NCBI GenBank assembly: GCA_951406725.2
Contig: OX597818.1
Coordinates: 15,128,001 to 15,192,000, forward strand
Reading direction: 5' to 3'
From: Octopus vulgaris
Lineage: Eukaryota
DNA: 64,000 nt
Part shown: piece after piece, positions 50,599-64,000 of the stretch
Layout of the letters: the number at the start of each line of letters is the position of its first letter
Position numbering within the stretch: the stretch's first letter is position 1
The notes under the pieces: model-generated
What the model saw: the letters and a program-made list of their open reading frames with translations, nothing else
Database searches by the model: none
Told to the model about the DNA's origin: nothing
Translations under genes and position numbers: made by a program

Positions 50599-51543
50599 CC
50601 GCGTGCATTTATGTTTGCATATATGTATGTACAGTAAAGTTATGTGTTTAGTTTCAGATTTGGTATTTTTACAAGCTCTGGGTATTGGTCTAATGGATTA
50701 TATATTTTGTTTTCAAGGATTGCAAAGGGCGGATATGTTCAGCTGCTAATTAAGGTACATTATGCAAGCTGCTTCTGTTTATCTTGTCATAAAAGACTCA
50801 ATAACACTTATGCTTTATGACTGAGTAACGTCCATTAAGAATAAACTCCCCCAGCAAGTCTTTGAATATGTGTGAATTTGCTGATCTTGCTTACCCTAAC
50901 TATCAATGTTTAAACTGAAAGCTGATTAATGCAGCTTCAAAAGAATTTAGAAAGTATTTTTTGTATGTTACTTATGTATGATGTAGTTTTATGGTACTAT
51001 AACAAAATAATGAGGCACCCTTTAATTAAGAAAGTAAACATTTAACCCACAATCATGAAAAAAAAATGTTAGATTTAAAGCGCCTAATTTTTATTGCTTA
51101 ATGAGATAATAACTATAAGGATTGATTATGTGTTAAGTGTAGTAATTTAGCCATCATAACTTTGATCACCAGATCTTTCAGACAGCATCGACTCGTTCAA
51201 GAAGACTGAGCAAGCAGCATCACAAGTAGGATAATATCCTTGTTAATGGCTTAAGAACAATCTACTTCTGTGGAGTTAATAAAAGGTTTGTTTTGAAAAT
51301 AATTCAGGAATGTTGTCTAATAGGACAGATACCAGAAGAAGTCTAAAGACTTCTTCAGGTATCTGTCTTATTTGACAACATCTGCCCTACAGCCAAAATA
51401 AACAAGACGGGAATATAGATTTGAATATGTCAGTGTATAAAATGATCAAAGGATTTATATCATCCAAGCGATATTTTTTTTACTTTGAAGATAGATCCTT
51501 TAATGTTAGCACTCAATATCTAATACTGCTGTCATTTTTGCAG

Positions 51544-51638
51544 ACACTATTCGTATCTTTGACATTGACTCTAATAAACAGTTATCTGAGAAGAGGTTTG
51601 TTGCTGGAGGGACATGTTTGATTTGGATTTCAGAAAAG
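51544..51638 (+). CDS. CFAP44: CFAP44-like coding exon 8 (not in the ORF track)
   Basis: TTTTTGCAG|(H)TIRIFDIDSNKQLSEKRFVAGGTCLIWISEK|GTAAGG; 95 nt, bridges phase 1 to phase 0 exactly. Confidence 0.9.
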
Positions 51639-52366
51639 GTAAGGAATCTTTGATATAACTGGTTAGAAATATTAGTTCTGTTTTTAATATTTGAAATAAG
51701 AAAGTTAATGGTTGCCACTGGTTGACAGATCAGTGTCCAAGTGGAGTCATTCTTGAACTCTTGCATTATTTCTACCATAAAAAAAAAATTGAATGAAAAA
51801 AAGGGTAAAAACTCTCTAAACTTTGTACTTATATAGATACACTTCTTTTGCAGAGTAGTGAACAAAAAAAAAAATTTTTTTAATGTGTGCACACAGGTTT
51901 TCAAGAAAACAATGGATTTTTTAGAAGAAATTTTATCAATGGTTGTTGGTATGGATGTACACATGCTAAACAAAGAAAGACAAAATTTGAACTCATGCAA
52001 ATTTCTGCATGCACACATGCACATACATAACATAAACAGAGAAAAAAAAGTGAGGGACATCATGAGGACAAAGCTCTTGTAGACATCTTTCTGTACTTCT
52101 CTCACCATTGTCTCAAAGACATAGCACATATGGTTCTGTGCCAATGTATGAATTCAAATGCATTTTATCCAGGTTAAATCTATCCTGAATTAATTTTGCA
52201 AAAAGTCCCTCAACTATTTTCAAAAGTTGATCTATCAGTTTGAAGCATTTATAATTGTCTCACTGCAGTCATTTGCTTTACATTATGTCAGTTGACAATC
52301 TTATTGCATTACGGAGGGGGAGCGCTAAACAGTGATAAGTAAATTGTAATGTTATTAGTTTGAATA

Positions 52367-52660
52367 TGCTTGAGGCATGTTTGAATCGGTGAACAAGCTA
52401 CTTAAAGCATTTTGTCACAGAAAATATATCCCATTTGTTGACAAAAGGTGTGTATACACCTAGATCATCTCACAGCATCACCTACCCAGACTGTGAAATG
52501 CTAGCATTTTGGATTAGTTATCTCTTCTTCGGGCACAGACACTAGTGAGGCAACACTATGATCTAGGTGTATACACACCCATTTGTCAACAAACGGAATA
52601 TCTTTTCTGTGACAAAACACAGTGAGTAGCTTGTTCCCCTGTTCAAACATACCTCAAGCA
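52367..52660. mobile_element. MITE with TIRs of about 100 bp and TA flanks
   Basis: TA|TGCTTGAGGCATGTTTGAA...TACACCTAGATCAT and ATGATCTAGGTGTA...TTCAAACATACCTCAAGCA|TA. Confidence 0.8.
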
Positions 52661-53262
52661 TACTTGGACTGATAATAACATAAAAATCTTATTGCAATCT
52701 CAGTCATTTCAATATAACCTTCCTGCATTACATTTAGAAAATTTAGAGAATGACCAGAAAGCCTGATAAACCACACCACAAAAATTTCTGATGATTTTAC
52801 TCTGCTGTTTCTCCTCATCCTTTTCAAAGCCTTACTAATCATACTGCAGATAACCTCAACAGCTATTACTTTTCATTAAATGCATTTGAGAACGTGCTTT
52901 ATATTTCCATTCAAATTCCTTATACATTAACTTCTTATTATAGGGCATTATTGCATTTCTTAGTTCCTCATTTCTGATGGCTAGCACACCAGTGATATTT
53001 CCAGGGGGGGGGGGGGGGGTCAAACGCTTTATCAAATAGCATTTTGATTCATACCAACACAGCCACTCGCATTACTGTATAGTTTCAAAAGTTCGTTTCA
53101 CAACCACTTCTTGGAAAGGTGCTTCTCTTTAGCCCTTGCTTGATCAATGCCTTGAAAGTGGATATGGTACACTAAAAATTTAAATAGATCTTTGTATATG
53201 GATGTGTGTGTGTGTGTGTGCATGTGTGTGCGTGTGTGTGCGTGTGTGTGCGTGTGTGTGTG

Positions 53263-54415
53263 TTGGGTCATCCCACAAATAATGCTATGTTTTCAGTTGC
53301 ATGAAGTAAAAGTTGGAGGGGGATGGGATAATCTACCTGCATCAACTTGCTATAAAAGTAGGTAGGCATTTTACCTTGTGCTTATTCTTAGTGCAAGTTT
53401 TGAAGTGTGCAGTTCAATTTTAACAATTATTTTTACAAAGCTATAATAGAAATGACAAAGGAGCATATTCAGCATATTTTGCTTTATAAGTTCAATAAAG
53501 GCAACAATGCAATGGAAAGTGTGAGGAATACTAATGCAGAATATGGAGATTGGACAATAAGCGTAAGCCAATGTGAATAGTGGTTCCAGAAATTCTGAGC
53601 CAGAAACTACAGCCTAGAAGACAAGCCTTATCCTGGAATATCTGTAAAGCTTAACAAGGATGTCCTGCAAACCCTGGTGGAACAAAATCCCATCATAACT
53701 ATAGAAGAACTAGCAGAGAAGCTTGGATTTGGTCATTCAACCATTCATCAACACCTGCTTGCACTAAAAAATGTCAGCAAATTGAGTCAATGGGTTCCTC
53801 AAACACTTTCCAAGTCTAATCATGCACAGAGAATGAATATGTGCTCTTCTTTGCTGTCACATCTCATGAATGAACCTCTTTTGGACCGAATATTGACCGG
53901 TGACGTGAAATGGCTTCTCTATAAAAATGTCAAGTGCCGAAGACAGTGGGTAGGGAAAAGAGAAACAAGGGTAACCCAGGCTAAAGAAGGTGTTTACCTA
54001 TGTAAAACATTGCTTTCTGTTTGGTGGGATATGAAAAGTTTAGTCCATTTTGAACTTTTAAACCCAAACCAAATGATATCAAAGGAGATCTGCTGCAAGC
54101 AGCTTGAGTGGCTTAAGTCAGTGCTAGAAAAAAAACCAATCATCTTTGGTTTCAAGATGATGGGTGCTCTTCCATCAGGATAATGTTCGGCCACATACAT
54201 GCAGGATGACATTCTAAAGGCTGAAGTAGTTTGAATGGGAAACGATGCCCCACCCACCATATTCACCAGACATTGCCCCATTTGATTATCTGCAGTCTTC
54301 AAAATCATTTGGATGGAAAAAATATGAATTCTGTAGATGAGGTCAGAACAGTACTAGAGCAGTATATTTCATCATAGATAAGTGGATTCTGGAAAAGGGA
54401 CCTTGTAAGTCTACC
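53263..54415 (+). mobile_element. Mariner transposon, decayed, 3' end missing
   Basis: TTGGGTCATCCC start; ORF 53677-54183 with HTH, WVPQTLS and ILTGDVKW; downstream HQDNVRPH and PYSPDIAPFDY. Confidence 0.88.
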
Positions 54416-54559
54416 GTTGTATGTCCCTTCTATATATCAGGCCTTGTGTCTATAATAAAGAGATAGCTGGTGATTATCACACACTAATGATGGGTTACTA
54501 CCCAGAAACCCAGGTCTGTGTGTATCACGTAAGGCTAGAGATGTAGATGTAGATGTAGG

Positions 54560-55600
54560 AAACCAACCTCTACCATAACAATAGAATTTCTTCATGAACT
54601 CTTTGTAAAATATGGTGTATCAGACACCATAGTGTCTGATAATGGTACATGGTTTATGGCATTTGAATTAAAAAATTTTTGCAAAATGTATGCAATTGAA
54701 TACATCTCTACACCACCATGTCACCCAAGATTAAATGGGCAAGTGGAACAGTTCATGGATACAATTAAAGGAGCATTATAGAAATCAAGAAACGAGCTAG
54801 TTGATGACGCAACATTGACACAATTCTTGAGGGTTTATAGGATAACAGCAAAACCAAACACTGCAAGTTGCCTGCAGAACTGTTTGCTCGAAAAATAATG
54901 TCAATTTTTGATAAGCTGTTACCAGTAAGAAAGACAAATAAAGGAAACATTAAAAATATGACAAAGTATTTTGATATTGGTGACAAGGTGTTTTTCAAAA
55001 TATATAAAAATGGAAGAGAAGGCTGGGAAGACAGAGAAGTAACAAAACAAATAGGCAAAATGGCGTATATGATAAGAGGCGAAAAGTGGGAACACAAAAG
55101 CAGCTAAAAAATAGAAATATGGAGAAAATAAAAGAGATACCCATGGAAGTGCTCTACGACACCTTTGATGTTTTCATAACACAAGGAGTCGAACCTAGGT
55201 GTAGCAGCACAAGAAAGGGGAAACAAACAGAATGGTTGGTAGTGGTGCCTAAGCAGAAGAAATATTAAACTTCCCTAGGAAGTAAACCTCAAAGGGAGAG
55301 ATGTTGTGGCATGTACCATTGACACTCCTGTGGAATTGGAAGAATGGATTAGCTGAACTCTTATAAAGAGTAGCGTATTGAAATGTAGAAGATGAAGGAT
55401 TCGTGGAAGTTGTAGGGAGTTGATGAGATTGTTGAAAGTTTGTGGAAGTCTTAGGAAGTAGTTGAGATCGTTTAGAATTTGTATTTATTGGAGTATTATG
55501 TTTAGTGGTGTAATTTGAAGTATGTTGTGTGAAGACAGTTGTGTCTATCCCTACTTCATAAAATCTGTATATCTAAAGAGACAAAATAAAGTATAAAAAT
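54560..55600 (+). mobile_element. Gypsy/Ty3 integrase fragment, polypurine tract and start of 3' LTR
   Basis: YGVSDTIVSDNGTWF...TPPCHPRLNGQVEQF; AAAGGGAGAGA followed by TGTTGT at 55302. LTR end uncertain. Confidence 0.8.
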
Positions 55601-55859
55601 TATGGTTAATAAGTCACTGCACCAGATTAGCTTCCATTTCATCAAAATAATCAAATAATCAGCTTTTCTCTTTACTTATTTATCTTTTTTCAAAGCTTGA
55701 GGAGTGGTTATTTGTAAAATGACAATCAGTGAAACAAGGGTGGAATTTGATCCACAGAGACTGAGAAACAGCAAATTTCTGATTATGCAGTCATTATGCT
55801 AACACAATTCTGTTTCATATAGCAATCATTCCACACATAATATCAAATTTAGAAGAGCT

Positions 55860-56343
55860 TAACAGATAGAAAAACTTCCTCAGTCTAATATACATCTTGT
55901 GTTATCTTAGTTAATTCCATTGAATGAATTTATCAAAGAAGGAAGTGAAATGGAATTGGTTGGTTAAATGCCAAAATGCATTTGAATAAATAAAAAAAAT
56001 TCTAATGATTGATTTGTTTCTAGTGCATTTCAATCCTGACATGGACATTATGGCAGCAGCTGATGCTTCAGAGTATGGAATAGGAGCAGTTTTGCTACAC
56101 ATGTATAAAGATAGAAGTACGAAACCTGTGATTCAGGTTTCGTGCTCACTAATAGCAGAAGAGAAAAAAATACAGTTAGACAGAAAAAAAAGTCCTGTTG
56201 ATTAACTTTACAGTGTAAAAATCTTACAGATTTCTACATGGTAGAAGTTTTCTGTTACAAACAGATCATCAGCCACTGCTATCAATGTATGGGTCAAAGG
56301 AAGGGTTGCCTACCCATACAGCAAACCGACTACAACATTGGGG
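55860..56343 (+). mobile_element. Gypsy/Ty3 RT-connection/RNase H fragment
   Basis: HFNPDMDIMAAADASEYGIGAVLLH and FLHGRSFLLQTDHQPLLSMYG...TANRLQHW. Confidence 0.82.
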
Positions 56344-56420
56344 TATGTCTTTTTGTAAATAATTGATCTTTCTCTAAATTTGATTGAAGGGTTAATGATT
56401 CTATTTCATTTCCATTTTAG

Positions 56421-56624
56421 TTATGCCCCAAAGGATCTCACATAATTGCTGGTTTTGAAGATGGTGTTGTGCGCCTCTTTGAAATAAGCAAACCAGTTGA
56501 CCAGGGTATTACTCGCAAAGGGAAAAGTACTTGTGACATGCAGCTGTATCAGGTGATTAAACTTCACAAAATGCGCATCAACTCTATGGAATTCAATGCT
56601 GAGGAAACTATATTGGCAACAACA
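56421..56624 (+). CDS. CFAP44: CFAP44-like coding exon 9 (WD40)
   Basis: CCATTTTAG|LCPKGSHIIAGFEDGVVRLFEI...QVIKLHKMRINSMEFNAEETILATT|GTATGT; phase 0/0. Confidence 0.93.
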
Positions 56625-57250
56625 GTATGTATGGTCTTTTTTTTTAATTAATTAATTAATTAATTGTATATTTAATTTAGATAATAGAGAAACTCTTTCA
56701 GCACTAACCTAGAATTTCATGTAGGATATGTTTGTGTTTATAATCATAAAATAAATTGTAAAAATAGATCCAGTTGAGACAATTCAGTAGATATTGAACC
56801 CACAACTTCTAATTGATGCATATTTTTGAGGTGGTTGAATGATTAATTCTGATATATTTTCTGAATTTTATGTATAGGAAAGCACAAAATGTCTCTTTTT
56901 TAGTGAGACATATCATTTTGTAGATGTGACCTTTGTGCAGGATAGTTTTTATGTAATTTAATGAATAAAAGGTATATCGTATTTTAATGTCTGTGGAGCA
57001 AATCTGCTCAATATTTATGCATGAAACTTTCCAATATATGCTTATATTCAGATCAGCTGACTAGTGGTAAACAATCTATGTGCACTAGACTTACATGTCA
57101 GTCACAGAACTAACACATATTTTACAATAGAACCATTGTCCTGATTATTCACACAGCAAATCACAGTGAAGAAATCAGCCCCACTTCAGTGCAATTCCCA
57201 AACAGCTAATAATATACCTTATTCAATTATATATATATATATTTACACAG

Positions 57251-57300
<50 letters not shown>

Positions 57301-57315
57301 CACACCATTCACTTG

Positions 57316-57785
57316 CGCTGTGTAACAAAATTTTTATTTTTTGGTCTTTGGTCAGTAAGTATTATTTCCTATTTGCTTTTATCTAGAAATGAAAGGAAAT
57401 GACTACTATTCCCTTCAAACATTGCTTTTGTGACCTGGACATCAATGTTTTGAAACTTATCCATCTTCCATTGTATTTCAGCCAGATTCATTGCTGAGTT
57501 GCTGAAGCAGAAATATCATTATAGCAAATTTTCTGCTCAATACCACAGATTTGTTTGTCAGTTGTTTGACCTGTTGTTTAGTGGCTGACAATATGTGCAT
57601 TTCTGATCATGAATAGGAGTTGTGAGGGAGCATCATAGACATATGTTAAAAGATTCTTTGGGGTTTGAATGAATGTAACAAAAGCAAAGTTTGAAGGAAA
57701 TATTAGCCATTTTTCATACTTTCTAGGGGTAAGCAAATAAGAAATAACAGTTCCTACCCAAGGACAAAAATCATATTGCACAGTG
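57316..57785 (+). mobile_element. Non-autonomous DNA transposon, same family as 4891-5339
   Basis: CGCTGTGTAACAAAATTTT ... AAAATCATATTGCACAGTG imperfect TIRs; colinear with the 5 kb copy. Confidence 0.7.
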
Positions 57786-58371
57786 TTATACATCATATCG
57801 TTCGATTATGTAGAGTGTTAATTTGCAATTGATGAAACCATAAGTAAACACTCTTATTTTCCTGGTCATCTTTTTGGCTAAAAAAAGGAAAATTTTCCAA
57901 CTTTTGATTTCCTGAGTGAAGTGTAGATGTCAGCACTGTGCCTAGGCTCTTTTTCACCAGAGAATTCTACAGAACTCCTGGTAAATGATACAGATATTGC
58001 CATGTTTACAAACCACTCTGGAGCAGTCTACATACAAGGAGTCAACTATACTGAGCTGCTCAGGATTGTGTTGCGGGCTCAAAGAGTTAAAATGACGCTT
58101 TAAGATTTCATAGTTTTACATATGTAAAGAAAACTCAAGTTCCTGATAATACAACAATCTAGGGAAGGAATAAATAAATTGATTGAAGAGTGAAACACCA
58201 GACTAAATACTTTGCAGCATTTGCTGTAATCTTTATATATTATGAGTTCAAATCCTGCTGAACTAGACTTCACTTCAGAATTTGTAACTGATATTGATTC
58301 AGAAGAGTGTAAAATTCCAGTATATAACATGTTCTAGTGTCTAGTCAATATATAAATATAATACTAATTGT

Positions 58372-58590
58372 TAAGATGGTGAGCTGACAGAATTGTTGAC
58401 ATACCAAGCAAAACACTTAGCGGTATTTCGTCTATCTTTACATTCTGAGTTCAAATTCCACCAAAGTCAACTTTGCCTTTCATCTTTTCAGGGTTGATAA
58501 AATAAGTACCAGTTGAACACTGGGGTCAATGTTACTGACTTACTCCCTACTAAAAACTTGCTGGCCTTTTGCCCAAAAGTTGAAATCAAT
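58372..58590 (+). mobile_element. SINE family B
   Basis: GAGTTCAAATTCC...CTTTGCCTTTCATCTTTTCAGGGTTGATAAAATAAGTACC. Confidence 0.75.
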
Positions 58591-59394
58591 ATGATACTGA
58601 TCATTCTAGATCACAGTAGTACTGATATATTTCAACTGGGGGGTAGAATTAGCAGAATTGATTTTACTCTGCCTTCTTAGTTTCTAACGGCAAACCATGA
58701 CCTACTTGACTTATAGGCAGAATCCCTCACCTGATATAAAACCATTACCTCATCCTTCAGTACCTTTAATGAGTTTCACTCAGTTGCAAGCACCTGGACA
58801 TGGTCTCCAATATGAGGATATTTTTCTCCTTCTATGCTGCTGGTTTTGGATGCCCTATAAAGGATTACAGATGCTAGCTCTTCTAAGTGATAAAAACATT
58901 TTAAGAAGACATTAGTCATGCAAAATCCTTGAAGAAATAAACAAACTAATGAAAGGACAATGTGGCAATGGATTCTCAAGACAGTATCATGACAGATGGA
59001 ATACTTCAATGGGATAGGTGCAGGCCAGGTATGGTGAGATGGTTAAGAAGTTTACATTGAATGTGCATGGATTTAACCGTAAGTTAATTAAAGCCTTGTG
59101 AATGAAAGTTGAAAGACAGAAATTGTCTAAAAGTCCTCCGAAGGTCTGATTGAGTGGTAGAATTTATTCATTGCCTGGTTTAACATCACCACCAGATACA
59201 TAAATGCTTTCACTGAGTCCATTCTCTAGCATGCATGTAATCCAGGCTTCTACTCTGATTATAATATCTTCTTTATAATATCATCCTTTCTTCTCTACAT
59301 TCTCAAAGACTCTGAATAGGATCATGGCTCCTCTTCTTTCACTGTTGATGAAATTATTAGAAAAATAAAAATTCCAGTTTTAATAATTCTTTTG

Positions 59395-59620
59395 TCTTTT
59401 GTCTTTTACTTGTTCCTGTCATTGAACTGCAGCCAATTCTTGGGCATTGCATTAAAGTCAAACAAATCAACTCCAGTGTTTTTTTTTTCCACTCTGGCAG
59501 TTATTCTTCCCCTCACTTTTTCTCAACCCTTCCATTAATTTATGGGGATGTAATCAAACCAATACCAGTTTTCAAGCAGTGGTGGTGGACAAACACAAAG
59601 ATAATAACATGCACACTCAC

Positions 59621-59655
<35 letters not shown>

Positions 59656-59825
59656 TATATGTATACAACAGGGTTCTTTTAGTTTCAATCAACAAAATCA
59701 CTCACAGGACTTTGGTCAGCCCTGGGTTACAGGAAAAAGTAGTTGCACACAGTGCCACACAGTGGGACTAAACCCAGAACCGGATGGCTGGGAAGCAAAC
59801 TTTTTACTGCACAACCGTGCTTCCA
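59395..59825 (-). mobile_element. SINE family A, diverged
   Basis: GTGCCACACAGTGGGACTAAACCCAGAACC reverse-complement head; CTTTTACTTGTT tail. Confidence 0.7.
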
Positions 59826-61345
59826 CCTGAAATTTTTTTTATCGGAGGGAAATAAAACAAAAAATTAAAAGATTTGAATGAACTCCAAATTTCCTTACTA
59901 TTTGAACAACATTACTGCATGTAAGGAATTGTAAATAACTACAGATTGTTCTGAAATTATTGACATTTCAACAACACCTACTTCTCCATTACTCCTGTTT
60001 TCTTCTATTTTTCTTTAACACTTCTTCCTGTGTCTAGTTTTCTAGGAAAGAGCTTGAGCTCGAAATGTTAAAGACACTTTCATCTTAATTTCTCATTGAG
60101 TGTCTAATTAATAACACTGCATGACAAAATGAAAAAAAAAATGTATTTTAAGTAAAAGGTAAGGTAATTTTAGCTCCCTTTCTGAATATGAAATCAATTT
60201 TGCTCCATCACATCTAGATTTTGATCTACAAAATACCCCCTATATCCTAAATCTACAGAAATGTATTGTCGCATGTATTACATCATATGTTTCTATTTGT
60301 CTTTTAAGAATGCCTTTGATTGTTCTTTTTGTAACAAGCTTTAATGAGAGAGCAGTAAAAGTAGATATAACACATATTAGATCATGCTGACTTTTAGAAC
60401 ACTTTGATTTAAGTGCATTTCATATGTTATCGTGACTTGCTGTATCAAATTTGAAATTACTCTGTTCACTGTGGTCTGATGCTTTTTATTTCTCCACTTC
60501 AATTTGCATGACTTCAAGACAATGTATGTTGCAATGACCCTGTTCACTTTTTCTATATCTGTGGGGAATAAGCATTCAATGACTCTAGGAAAAATATCAT
60601 ACCACTCATACAAGCAAGATACAAGAATTACTTCAAAATGAAACTTGGAAACCAACATAAATGTCTTTTTATACATATTGTTTGCAAAAGCTGTAACAAT
60701 TGGTCCAGTGGCAAGCTGAAATGGAATACAAAAGGGTTGCATGAAGTTTTGCTGCATATTGTACCTGTGGCACAACTGGACTCATAAAAAGAACTACTGC
60801 CAGCAAGATTAGCCAGCATGTCATGAATGGAGGCCAGGGAATAAAACTGTTCAATACATACCACTAGATTCACTTAAGCTAATTGTGTTACTACCACTAC
60901 ATATTAAGCTTGGAATCTTCAAAAATTTTCTGAAGTCGCTGGACCCTCAGGAGCAGCCAATCACATGCTGAAAAATATCTTTCCTTAGTTAAGCAAAGAT
61001 AATAAGTAGAAAGAGACCAATATATAATTTTTTTGTGTATTAATTATTAATTTAAGCATTTTGGGGTTAATATTATTGCATTCAAATCCTTCTTAGATTA
61101 AATTTGTCTCTCATTCCTTCTGCAAATATTTGAAACAAAATAATAAACATTATTAACCAACAAGTTAAATGACTGTTGTTTTCAATACAATTCTATGGAG
61201 GAGGTAACTGAAAACCTTACCCCACTGACCCTTCTAGAAATAGTAGATGGAAAAGAGGGATGCATGAATGGATAAATATGTTAGCATTCAAAAAGTACAT
61301 CGAAACCATACTCCTTGGTTTTAAATTAAGTATTTTTATTTGTAG

Positions 61346-61462
61346 GGAGAAGATCGTGCTGTGTTTTTCTCTAAGTTCACTAAGAACCTTACACTCGAAC
61401 CTATTGGATTTGTTGAATCCCCTCATCTTCCCAAGAAGCTGCTGTGGTTCCCCAACAATGTG
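61346..61462 (+). CDS. CFAP44: CFAP44-like coding exon 10 (not in the ORF track)
   Basis: TTTGTAG|GEDRAVFFSKFTKNLTLEPIGFVESPHLPKKLLWFPNNV|GTATGT; phase 0/0; D..VFF...PIGF pattern expected after ILAT. Confidence 0.9.
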
Positions 61463-61596
61463 GTATGTGTGAAAGAATTAATTTTATTCAGCATGTTGTG
61501 AAATGTTTTTGCTAATCTCAGTGGATGGACAGCATCAGATCTCAGACACTGCATTAAAGAGTTTAGTCAATCATACTGACTGATCATAAAGACACA

Positions 61597-61697
<101 letters not shown>

Positions 61698-62197
61698 GAT
61701 ATATATATATATATATATTTTAACCTTGAAAATATTGTTTGCAAAAAATGGCAAATTACGTGAGGATATATTTATATAAAAATGTATTCTGCTCAAGATA
61801 TGCTTTTGTTGTTGCTTAACTGTTGGTCAGCTCTCCTTGAGTAGACCTATAATGAAAGGTGTTCCAGCCATATCCATCTTGTCTTTTGAGGTGTATTTAG
61901 GAGTTCATTATCTAATGTGTCTTTCTCTTTGTTAAGATGCTATGGTATGATCTGAGCAGAATTTGGTTACTTTTTGAAGCAAGTTGAGTAACTGTTTAGA
62001 GACATACTCATTGGTTCGTTTGTTCAAGATATGTACCCAGTAGGCACTTCATGAAACTCCAACAGTCTCTTGTATAAATCTTTAGAAAAGAAATACCACC
62101 AGATTTGAGTTATTGATAGGCTGCAGTTGTTCAGCCACTGAACCAAATGCACATTGTGTTATTTTATAATATCACTTCACTTTTAACTTTATTTCAG

Positions 62198-62344
62198 AAT
62201 AAGATCCTCATAATATGTGAAAGGAATTCAGTTGTAGAGTTTGAAACACCACAAGAAGCAGAGTTTGATACTGAACATACATACTTCCTCGAAGCGCTGA
62301 AACCAAGAATTTACACATTTAAAAGTATAAAATCAATCCTACTG
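62198..62344 (+). CDS. CFAP44: CFAP44-like coding exon 11 (gene continues beyond the window)
   Basis: ATTTCAG|NKILIICERNSVVEFETPQEAEFDTEHTYFLEALKPRIYTFKSIKSILL|GTGAGT. Confidence 0.9.
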
Positions 62345-62644
62345 GTGAGTGATGAATTTAATTGAACTATAACAGCAAATGACATTATGATTATTCAAAA
62401 CAATAAAATATTAGATAAAAAGATTGGATGTCACATACAAACAGAAGAGTTTATGCTTTAGATTGCAGGACTGTTTCTGGATTTTGCCTTGAGTTATTAG
62501 TAGAGCCAAAAGTGCAACATTTGGCACTTATAATGAAAACATGAGCTCTGCAAACTACATTGCATACTACGCATTTAGGATGGCAGCAACTCTAAATAAA
62601 GACTGATACTGATACAGATCTGGGGGGAACCTTTAGTGTTGATG

Positions 62645-63180
62645 TACAGGGTACTTGGGCTAAATTTGAAAGTTTCCATAAAAGGAAAAGAAAACACGAT
62701 ATCCCATCCAAAATAAAACCATTCTAAAAAATAAAAAAATATCAATTAAATTATGGCTGGGAGGCAAAAGTTTCTCAAAGTAGATGCCCTCAGCTTCCAT
62801 GATGGCCTTAAGATTGTTCTAAAAACTGGTGCTCATTTTCCTCACTGTGTCCCTGGGAAGATCATAAAACACCTCTTTGATCTTGGCCACCAACTTGGCC
62901 TTATTTTCATTAGCAGAGTGGTTGGTGCCTTTCTCAACAGCACTCCACACATAAATAATCCATGGGATTACAATCAGGGGGTTAACAGTTTAGAAATTAT
63001 AGCTGGTGAAGTTGTAGAAATTCTCTGATAATTACTTCTGCCTCTTTCTGGAAGTATGGCAAGGAGCTGAATTTTGTTGCCACACACTTGGCCTTCCAGT
63101 AGCAATCCTTTCCAGCCAAGATTGACCACAGTCTTTGGCAGCTTCACATATCTGATCAAATTGAGCCTAAGGCCCTGTTC
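62645..63180 (-). mobile_element. Tc1/maT-like transposase 3' remnant
   Basis: - strand PDCNPMDY motif; TA|CAGGGT end; heavily decayed. Confidence 0.55.
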
Positions 63181-64000
63181 AAAGATATGGGCATGAATTC
63201 CAGTGTGCAGACATAGTTAGAACACCTGCAGTTGTCCATGTTATGTCTTTACAGCCTTTACAGTGTTCACAGAGCAAGAGCAGTACTCATGATGATAGCC
63301 AGCACAAATCATCATGATACAAGCAACTCAATTCTAATATTTAGATGGCTTCCAATCTTCCATGTCAGCTAACATTTTCTCAACTACAACTTTAATCTTT
63401 TTGTTACTGAAGGCTGTTGACTTTTCATCAATACATCAAGGTGTTTCTAAAGAAAAGAAAAAAAAAGACATAAACATTTTAAAATTTAGTTCAAATACCT
63501 TGTAGATATTGACTCTATTGCTAGTGATGTGATAAAATGAATATTATCCATGCTGGATGGCAGTCACATCAAGGCCAGGTTTTCCTATTGTTGTGTGTGC
63601 CTGATGATGACACTCAGTAAAACCTGTTCAAACCATACAAGCAAGAAAAGTTAATGTATAGTGATGACGGTGATGATAAAGATGATGATGATGTGAGGCA
63701 TGTTTTGACTACTAATTCTAGCATACTTCTAATTATGGAATATCATACCATAGCATCTTAACAAAGAGACAGACACATTAGATAATGAAGTCCTAAATAC
63801 ACTTCAGAAGACAAGGTGGATATGGCTGGAACATCTCTCATTCTAGGTCTATTCAAGGAGAGTTGACCTACAGTTAAACAACAATGAAACACGTCTTAAG
63901 CAGAATATATTCTTATAAAAATGTGATTGATTTTCCACCTCGTGTACTTGTTTTACCATTTCTTGCAAACAATATTTTCAAGGTTATCCTGGATTAGATG

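Noticed and set aside
50658-50754. Candidate for the missing exon between 46587 and 56421
   Set aside because: Stop in the required frame and no WD40 similarity; 51544-51638 fits both phase and homology.
51506-52144. 212-aa minus-strand ORF
   Set aside because: No recognisable motif, AT-rich composition, antisense to exon 8; most likely chance.

Overview
AT-rich, repeat-dense animal genomic DNA. The SINE, RTE and microsatellite content looks like a coleoid cephalopod, probably Octopus (inferred from repeat content only). The window holds the 5' part of one + strand gene, a CFAP44/WDR52-like WD40 cilia/flagella protein. I traced 11 coding exons (14244-62344) by hand; their phases join into 655 uninterrupted codons and the gene continues past the window. 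A candidate RFX X-box promoter and non-coding first exon lie near 1690-1757. The first coding intron is a U12 (minor spliceosome) GT-AG intron with a second, upstream U12 branch site and acceptor. The introns are filled with decayed elements: Dong/R4-like RLE LINEs inside (TAA)n tracts (one stack ends on a splice acceptor), RTE 3' ends, a full-length hAT with a nested MITE, mariner and maT copies, Helitrons, Gypsy fragments, tRNA-derived SINEs and fold-back elements. The most unusual signal is a set of minimal hammerhead-ribozyme motifs from several unrelated sequence families, several of them in inverted Penelope-like repeats. Most ORFs in the supplied track are microsatellite or repeat artefacts. 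Repeat boundaries are approximate unless a TIR or TSD is quoted.
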